Below, piece after piece: positions 57,725-64,000 of a DNA stretch of 64,000 bases. Source of the stretch: an uncultured delta proteobacterium (GTDB lineage: Bacteria; Desulfobacterota; Binatia; Binatales; Binataceae); assembly GCA_963842085.1 (NCBI GenBank), contig CAWJET010000001.1, positions 320,001-384,000 on the forward strand, read 5' to 3'. The notes under the pieces were generated by a model. That model was not told where the DNA came from. It searched no databases and was given only the letters and a program-made list of their open reading frames with translations. A program made the translations under genes and the position numbers. Each line of letters starts with the position of its first letter. Position 1 is the first letter of the stretch.

Positions 57725-57758
57725 TTTCGACAGTAATGTCGAAAACAGCCTATGTCAA
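57725..57758 (-). promoter_or_regulatory. promoter overlapped by a perfect 8-4-8 operator
   Basis: TTGACA (57758-57753)-17-TACTGT (57735-57730); IR TTTCGACA-gtaa-TGTCGAAA at 57725-57744. Confidence 0.8.
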
Positions 57759-57787
57759 CATATAGGAGCCGGTGCGCGGACTCCCCT

Positions 57788-60268
57788 TCAGAGTTCCACT
57801 CTTCGCAATCTGAGTGCGTTGGTGATTACTGACACGGAGCTCATGCTCATCGCGGCGCTCGCGATTACTGGACTCAGCAGCAGGCCGAATACGGGATAGA
57901 GAACGCCCGCGGCGATAGGTATCCCAAGCGTGTTGTAGATGAACGCAAAGAAAAGATTCTGCCGGATGTTGCGCATCGTCGCGCGGCTCAGGCGCCGCGC
58001 TTTCGCGATTCCGCGCAGGTCGCCCTTGACCAGCGTCACGCCCGCGCTCTCCATCGCGACGTCGGTGCCCGTGCCCATCGCGATACCAACCTGCGCCTGC
58101 GCCAGCGCGGGTGCGTCGTTGATACCGTCGCCCGCCATCGCGACGATTCGCCCTTCCGACTGCAATCGCTTCACCACCGCGGCCTTCCGATCGGGCAACA
58201 CCTCCGCCTCGACCTGATCGATGCCGAGTTTGTTCGCAACCGCCGCCGCTGTGACTCGATTGTCGCCGGTCAGCACGACGATCTTGACGCCATCATCCTG
58301 CAGCATCTTGAGTGCTTCCGCAGTTGACGCCTTGATTGGATCGGCCACGCCGATGAGTCCCGCGGGGCGGCCGTCGATCGCGACGAACATCACGGTCTGT
58401 CCATCTTTTCGCTGCGCGTCGGCATCGGCGGAAACCGCGTCGATAGCAACGCCCAGCCCGCGCATCATGTGCTGATTTCCAAGCGCGACTGCGCGGCCCT
58501 CGATTCGCCCGCTGACGCCTTCGCCGGTCACCGACTTGAAGTCCTCTGCCGGCGCGAGCGTCAACTTGCGCTCTTCTGCGCCTGCGACAATCGCAGCCGC
58601 CAGTGGATGCTCACTGCCGCGCTCGAGGCTGGCGGCGAGCCGCAAAACGTCGGCCTCGGTGAAACCGTCGAGCGCGGCGGTCGAGACCAGGCGCGGTTTT
58701 CCTTCGGTCAGCGTCCCGGTCTTATCGACCACGAGCGTGTTCACCTTTTCGAGAGTCTCGAGCGCTTCGGCGTTTTTGATCAGCACGCCCGCGGTCGCGC
58801 CGCGCCCCGTGCCAACCATGATCGACATTGGCGTTGCGAGGCCGAGCGCGCAGGGACACGCGATGATCAGCACCGCGACCGCGTTCACCAGCGCATAGGC
58901 CATCCGCGGTTGCGGACCGACCATCGCCCATACGACGAACGTAATCACGGCCGAGACCACGACGGCCGGGACGAAATACGACGCGACCACATCGGCGAGC
59001 CGCTGGATCGGTGCGCGGCTGCGTTGCGCCTCGCTCACCATGCGGACGATCTGCGCGAGCAGCGTATCGCTGCCGACCCGCTCGGCGCGCATGATAAATC
59101 CGCCGGTGCCGTTGATGGTCGCGCCGATCAGGCGGTCGCCCGGTTTCTTTTCGACCGGGATTGGCTCGCCGGTAACCATCGACTCGTCAACCGAGCTGGT
59201 TCCCTCCTCTACGACGCCATCGACCGGGACTTTCTCGCCCGGCCGCACGCGCAACCGATCTCCCGGGGCGACGCGATCGAGCGCGATATCCTCTTCGCGG
59301 CCGTCGGGTCTGATCGCGCGCGCGGTCTTCGGCGCCAGTCCCAGCAGCGCTTTGATCGCGCTGCTGGTATTGCTTCGCGCGCGAAGTTCGAGGACCTGGC
59401 CAAGCAGCACCAACGCGGTGATAGCGGCGGCCGCCTCGAAGTAAACGGGGACGCTGCCATCGGCGGTGCGGAACGAATCGGGAAATAAATGCGGGAAGAC
59501 GGCTGCGATCAGGCTGTAACCGTAAGCGACGCCGATGCCCATCCCGATCAACGTGAACATGTTCAGGCTGCGGTTGACTAACGAATGCCAGCCGCGAACG
59601 AACAGCGGCGCGCCCGCCCACAGCACGGCCGGAGTTGCCAGCGCCAGCTCAATCCAGGTTCGGAGCGCCGCGGGCATTGCATGCTGCAACGGCTGGCCCG
59701 GTATCATGTCCGACATTTCGATCAAGATGAGCGGAAGCGCTAGCGCGACGCTTATCCAGAAGCGCCGCGTCATATCGGTCAGTTCCGGCGAGGCCTCCTC
59801 GCCGACAACTGCGACGCGCGGCTCCAGCGCCATCCCGCAGATTGGGCAATTGCCGGGCTCGGAGCGGACGATCTGCGGATGCATCGGGCAGACGTATTCG
59901 GTTTTCGAAACGGGCTGGATTGGCGCGAGAGACTCAAGCGCCATGCCGCATTTCGGGCACGACCCCGGATGGTCCTGGCGAATCTCGGGATGCATCGGGC
60001 ACGTGTAGATAGAAGCGCCTGCCGCGACTGGCAAAGGTGCGCGGGTCTTGGCCGGTGCCCTTTCAGGCACCCCGCGAGCCAGGACACCCTCAGGATCGTT
60101 TTTGAATTTCTCGAGACAGCGGAGACCGCAAAAGTGGTATGTCGTGCCCTTGTATTCGAACGATCCCTTGCTCTTCGCAGGATCGACCTGCATCCCGCAC
60201 ACCGGGTCGACAACTTTGCCGCTCGTCGGCGGCGTCACTTTGGTAGCAACTTTGGTCTCCGTATTCAT
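57788..60268 (-). CDS. copA: Cu(+)-translocating P1B-type ATPase with YHS and two heavy-metal-binding domains
   Basis: DPVCGM, YTCPMHP x2, [27 protein letters not shown]...M. Confidence 0.93.
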   Translation of the reverse strand: MNTETKVATKVTPPTSGKVVDPVCGMQVDPAKSKGSFEYKGTTYHFCGLRCLEKFKNDPEGVLARGVPERAPAKTRAPLPVAAGASIYTCPMHPEIRQDHPGSCPKCGMALESLAPIQPVSKTEYVCPMHPQIVRSEPGNCPICGMALEPRVAVVGEEASPELTDMTRRFWISVALALPLILIEMSDMIPGQPLQHAMPAALRTWIELALATPAVLWAGAPLFVRGWHSLVNRSLNMFTLIGMGIGVAYGYSLIAAVFPHLFPDSFRTADGSVPVYFEAAAAITALVLLGQVLELRARSNTSSAIKALLGLAPKTARAIRPDGREEDIALDRVAPGDRLRVRPGEKVPVDGVVEEGTSSVDESMVTGEPIPVEKKPGDRLIGATINGTGGFIMRAERVGSDTLLAQIVRMVSEAQRSRAPIQRLADVVASYFVPAVVVSAVITFVVWAMVGPQPRMAYALVNAVAVLIIACPCALGLATPMSIMVGTGRGATAGVLIKNAEALETLEKVNTLVVDKTGTLTEGKPRLVSTAALDGFTEADVLRLAASLERGSEHPLAAAIVAGAEERKLTLAPAEDFKSVTGEGVSGRIEGRAVALGNQHMMRGLGVAIDAVSADADAQRKDGQTVMFVAIDGRPAGLIGVADPIKASTAEALKMLQDDGVKIVVLTGDNRVTAAAVANKLGIDQVEAEVLPDRKAAVVKRLQSEGRIVAMAGDGINDAPALAQAQVGIAMGTGTDVAMESAGVTLVKGDLRGIAKARRLSRATMRNIRQNLFFAFIYNTLGIPIAAGVLYPVFGLLLSPVIASAAMSMSSVSVITNALRLRRVEL

Positions 60269-60410
60269 ATCGAACGCTGTGCGCCGTCCCGCCATCGAAA
60301 ATCGCAGCGTTCAGCACCGCCCGCAACCGAGCCGCTGCGTTCGATCTCGGCGCCCGGCCCTTCGCCAATGTTTCTTTGCCCGGAGAAGCAACCGGCGCGA
60401 GCGCTGAATC

Positions 60411-60797
60411 CTACTTGCCCTGCTCCAGCTCCTGGCTGCGCTTCTCCATCAGCTCGCCCATTTCCTTCATCATCCGGCCGCGGATCTCCATCATCTGCGC
60501 GCGCGTCTTCGGGTCGTTCATCATCGTCTGCATCATCTGCATATCCATCATGCGGCCCGGCCCGCACATCATGCCGGGACCCATCATGCCGGGCCCGCCC
60601 ATCATGCCCGGCCCCATCTTCCCGGAGCCGCCCATCATCCCTTGCCCGCTCATCATGCCCGGTCCACCCATCATGCCCGGTCCCATTGGTTGCGATGGAG
60701 CCGGCGAACTAGCCGGCTGCCCAAATGCCAGCACCGAGGAAAGAATCAAAATACCAGTGACGCTCGCGAGACTGGCGACGAAGTGCCTGTCATTCAT
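60411..60797 (-). CDS. periplasmic Met/Gly-rich protein
   Basis: AGGAG Shine-Dalgarno, signal peptide, tandem GPGMM(G) repeats, Met-rich helix; directly upstream of copA. Confidence 0.8.
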   Translation of the reverse strand: MNDRHFVASLASVTGILILSSVLAFGQPASSPAPSQPMGPGMMGGPGMMSGQGMMGGSGKMGPGMMGGPGMMGPGMMCGPGRMMDMQMMQTMMNDPKTRAQMMEIRGRMMKEMGELMEKRSQELEQGK

Positions 60798-60970
60798 TTG
60801 TTGTTCTCCTGCCAGGGTTATATTCCCCGGGCTGTTGCGGCTGTCGCGGGTAAAGCTATCGGAGGCTGCGACGGCAGTTGATGCCAACACAGCCAAGGAG
60901 CTTGATAAGTAAGGTTACTACGGGACGCGCTCGCCGAAAACAGAGCGCGGCTAATCCGCGCGGTGGCGAC

Positions 60971-61588
60971 TCACGCGTTCTTGCGCGCGATGATCACTGA
61001 ATGCACCGACCAGCGGCTGATCTTTTCGTTGCGCTCGAGCGTGATCGGATGGCCCTTGAGCACGTCCCGCTTGCGCAGCCTGGTGGTCCATCCCAGTTGC
61101 CGCGTGATCGGATTGACGAGGGTGTTGAAGGCCGCGACCACCGGGTTGTCGCTCTGGAAATGCGTCGTGAGCGCGATCCGGCCGCCCGGCTTACACACCC
61201 GCACCATCTCCGACATCATCTTGTACGGATCTGGCACCACCGTCAGCACGTGAAACGAGGTGACGTAGTCGAAGCTGTTGTCGGGATAGTCGAGGTTCAG
61301 CGCGTCGCCCTGGCGCAGCTCGATATGGCCCCAGCCGTTTTCCTTCACGCGCTTGCGGGCATGCTCGAGCATGTCGGCCGACGGATCGATTGCAACGATG
61401 TGCGCGTACGGCGGATACCCGTCGAGCGCGATTCCGGTGCCGACGCCAACCTCGAGCACGCGGTTCCCGGGCCTGAGACTCAGGCTCTCGATAACCTCGT
61501 GCTCGCGGTCGACAAAAACACGGCCGAAGAAAAAATCGTAGAAGCGCGCCAGGTCGGAGTAGACACGGCTCTCATGCGGTTCGGACAT
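60971..61588 (-). CDS. class I SAM methyltransferase, PmtA-like phospholipid N-methyltransferase
   Basis: VYSDLARFYD, VLEVGVGTG, TVVPDP, RVCKPGG. Confidence 0.75.
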   Translation of the reverse strand: MSEPHESRVYSDLARFYDFFFGRVFVDREHEVIESLSLRPGNRVLEVGVGTGIALDGYPPYAHIVAIDPSADMLEHARKRVKENGWGHIELRQGDALNLDYPDNSFDYVTSFHVLTVVPDPYKMMSEMVRVCKPGGRIALTTHFQSDNPVVAAFNTLVNPITRQLGWTTRLRKRDVLKGHPITLERNEKISRWSVHSVIIARKNA

Positions 61589-61703
61589 TTGGAAAACTCC
61601 CTCGGGTTAGACGCAGCCCAGGAGATCAGTGCGGGATCGGGTTTTCAGGACGGCGACTTGGCCGGATTGCGACGCGAGTTCAGTGTGCCGCGCTCGCGTG
61701 GCG

Positions 61704-61898
61704 TCAGGCCGCCGCGTTGACTCCTCGCAGCTGACGTTTGACGGATGTTATATCGCGCTTGCGAAATCGCCACTGGCGGCCTTTCTTGAAGGCCGGAATA
61801 ACATTGCGCCGCGCAAATTCGTTCACCGTGTCAGGACTCAGGTCGAGCAGGAACGCAACTTCGCGGGAATTCAGCAGTATGTCGTCTTTATCGGCCAT
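61704..61898 (-). CDS. excisionase-like HTH_17 DNA-binding protein
   Basis: LLNSREVAFLL...TV...IPAFKKGRQWRF. Confidence 0.85.
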   Translation of the reverse strand: MADKDDILLNSREVAFLLDLSPDTVNEFARRNVIPAFKKGRQWRFRKRDITSVKRQLRGVNAAA

Positions 61899-62060
61899 GT
61901 CAGTCCAACAAGACGCCTTTCTTCAGGGATTTTGTCGGGACGCGATTTTTTAATATGCGCCCATCGCCGAAGTCAAGGTAAGAGGCGCCAGCTACCTGAA
62001 ATTTTGCGCACCGGTCCGCGAAATCGCCAAATTTACATCCTTTAGTTTCATTAACGTTCA

Positions 62061-63725
62061 CTAAACGCTGATCCTCGCCAGCTTCCGTATCGAAATCCGG
62101 TAGTCGTACCAGGCACGGGTGACCACAATACAGGAAAACAACCCGGTCAGCACTCCTACGCACAGAGTGACGGCAAAGCCTTTGACCGGACCCGTTCCGA
62201 ACTGGAACAGGATCAGTCCCGCCGCGAAGGTCGAGATGTTGGAGTCGCGAATCGCCGACCACGCGCGTTCATAGCCGAGCTTCACCGCCTCGCGCGGGGA
62301 CTTGCCGTTGCGCAACTCCTCGCGCATGCGCTCGTTCACCAGCACGTTGGCGTCGACCGACATGCCCAGCGTCAGCACGATCCCGGCGATGCCGGGCAGG
62401 GTCAGCGTGGCGCCCAGCGCCGCCATCACGCAGATCAGCAGCAGGATGTTCAGCGACAGCCCGAAATCCGCGAGCAGACCGGCGCCACTATAGTAAATCG
62501 CCATGAAGATCAGCACGGCGCCCGCGCCGATCACGAACGACAGCTCGCCCTGGCGAATCGAATCGCGGCCGAGCGACGGACCCACCGTGCGCTCCTCCTC
62601 GATTTCGACCGGCGCCGGCAGTGCGCCCGAGCGCAATACGATGGCGAGGTCGTGCGCCTCTTCCATCGAGAAGCGTCCTGTAATCTGCACGTGACCGCCG
62701 GGGATTCGCTCCTTGATTACGGGCGCCGAATACACGGTGTTATCCAGCACGATCGCCAGACGCCGGCCGACGTTTTCCGCCGTCATCGCGTCGAAGATGC
62801 CGGCGCCGCGCGCGTCGAGGTCCACCGCCACGTATGGACCCTCGAGCCGCCCGCCGGGGCGCACGCGTGCGTCGGTAACGACGTCGCCGGTCATCAGCAC
62901 GGGCGACTCGACCAGGTACGGCTCGCGGCCACCGCTCTCCGAGGGCCCGTAAAGGATTTCGTCGCCGGGCGGCGGGCCGTTCTTGATCGCCTCCTCGACG
63001 CTCTTGGAGTCGTCAACCAGTTTGAATTCGAGCACGGCCGTCTTGCCAATCAGCTCCTTGGCGCGTTCGGGATCCTGGATACCGGGAAGTTGCACCAGGA
63101 TTTCGTTGTCGTCTTCTTTGGCAACGGTGGTTTCGCGCACACCGAGCTGGTCGATTCGATTGCGAATCGTTTCCAGCGCCTGATCCATCGCGTTGGACCG
63201 AATCGTCTGCAACTCCTGCGGCTTGTAGGCGAGCGCATACGCCGGACCGGGACTGGACGAATCGGAGTTGCTCGACACGGTCAAATCCGAGAACGATTTC
63301 TGCGCGAGATCGAGGAACGGCGTGCGATCGGCGCTCGACTTGAGCTTGACCGTCAGGTTGCCGGATTTGTCGACCGCCACATCGTCGAAATCTATTTTGT
63401 TCGCCTTGAGCTCCTGCTTGAGGTCGTCGCCGCGGCGGCGCAGCTGGGTTTTCACCGCTTCGTCCAGCTGCACGGCCATCAGCAGATGGGTCCCGCCCTG
63501 CAAGTCGAGGCCGAGCTGGATCTTGGTCGCACCGAATCCGGCCTTGAACCAATCAGGCAGCTCGATGTTGAGGCTCGGCAGCAGGATGAGAATCGCCGCC
63601 AGCACGATAGCGCCGGCCAGGTAGATGCGGGTGAGGCCGCTGCCGTTGGTGAAATGCATATAGAGAAAGGACACGATCAGCACGAGCAGAATCAGGATCG
63701 GTCCGAAACTTTGCGTCTGTTCCAC
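62061..63725 (-). CDS. secD: protein translocase subunit SecD
   Basis: LGLDLQGG, RNRIDQLGV, LRSGALPAP, GMSVDANV..NER, GPVKGFA; GTG start inferred. Confidence 0.95.
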   Translation of the reverse strand: MEQTQSFGPILILLVLIVSFLYMHFTNGSGLTRIYLAGAIVLAAILILLPSLNIELPDWFKAGFGATKIQLGLDLQGGTHLLMAVQLDEAVKTQLRRRGDDLKQELKANKIDFDDVAVDKSGNLTVKLKSSADRTPFLDLAQKSFSDLTVSSNSDSSSPGPAYALAYKPQELQTIRSNAMDQALETIRNRIDQLGVRETTVAKEDDNEILVQLPGIQDPERAKELIGKTAVLEFKLVDDSKSVEEAIKNGPPPGDEILYGPSESGGREPYLVESPVLMTGDVVTDARVRPGGRLEGPYVAVDLDARGAGIFDAMTAENVGRRLAIVLDNTVYSAPVIKERIPGGHVQITGRFSMEEAHDLAIVLRSGALPAPVEIEEERTVGPSLGRDSIRQGELSFVIGAGAVLIFMAIYYSGAGLLADFGLSLNILLLICVMAALGATLTLPGIAGIVLTLGMSVDANVLVNERMREELRNGKSPREAVKLGYERAWSAIRDSNISTFAAGLILFQFGTGPVKGFAVTLCVGVLTGLFSCIVVTRAWYDYRISIRKLARISV

Positions 63726-63738
63726 TATAATGAAGCCC

Positions 63739-64000
63739 CTACTTGTCTTCTTTCTTCGACGACGCCTTGCCGTGGCTCGACATCCCGGCAATTTGCGAGC
63801 GTTCAACCCGCACCTTGACGTTGGGCGCAACTTCGAGCGTGAGCACCTTCTCGCCGACCTCGTGTATCCGCCCGATCATTCCGCCGGTGGTCACGACTTC
63901 GTCATTGCGCTTGAGCCCGCTCAGCATTTTGGCCTGTTCCTGCGCCTTCTTGTTCTGCGGGCGGAGAATCAGGAAGTACATGACGCCGACGACCAGCGCC
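63739..64000 (-). CDS. yajC: preprotein translocase subunit YajC (start outside window)
   Basis: MYFLILRPQ, DEVVTTGG. Confidence 0.93.
   Translation of the reverse strand, partial: ALVVGVMYFLILRPQNKKAQEQAKMLSGLKRNDEVVTTGGMIGRIHEVGEKVLTLEVAPNVKVRVERSQIAGMSSHGKASSKKEDK

Noticed and set aside
60545-60690. CRISPR-like periodic repeats
   Set aside because: Coding GPGMM repeats without unique spacers; no cas genes.
60812-60830. CsoR/CueR-type operator upstream of the copper genes
   Set aside because: The IR CCAGGG-ttatatt-CCCCGG is weak and mismatched, and no regulator gene is adjacent.
61704-61898. Prophage or ICE boundary
   Set aside because: Only a lone HTH_17 gene; no integrase, att-tRNA or phage genes.

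Overview
GC-rich bacterial chromosome segment of an aerobic heterotroph. Gene style, including the 7116-7724 family and the amidohydrolase/SDR/LLM/MaoC genes, suggests Candidatus Binatota or a related lineage (inference). Backbone genes: acs, a GH57/DUF3536 protein, pfkA, beta-carbonic anhydrase, ABC-F, a complete aa3-type oxidase operon with extra small genes, fadD, greA, hbd, an FTR1 permease behind a Fur-type box, a b6-type cytochrome b cluster with an 8-heme cytochrome c but no Rieske gene, copA, and yajC-secD. Most notable: (1) a TetR-regulated operon encoding a SAM methyltransferase and a fused HgcAB-like corrinoid/Fe-S protein next to copA, with a cobalamin-riboswitch-controlled tonB elsewhere in the window; (2) a DUF559 nuclease gene bracketed by inverted 80-100 bp palindromic ends, with solo copies of both ends about 29 kb away, i.e. 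a candidate REPtron-like element with a non-RAYT nuclease; (3) a 1304-aa degenerate REase-TPR-GreAB-C-PIN conflict protein; (4) a detached N-terminal module of cytochrome b subunit IV paired with a 4x[4Fe-4S] ferredoxin; (5) a decayed Tad cassette between 34-bp direct repeats; (6) palindromic repeats read in frame inside genes. No rRNA, tRNA, CRISPR array, integrase or transposase was recognised. All family assignments come from motif recognition by eye, not database searches.
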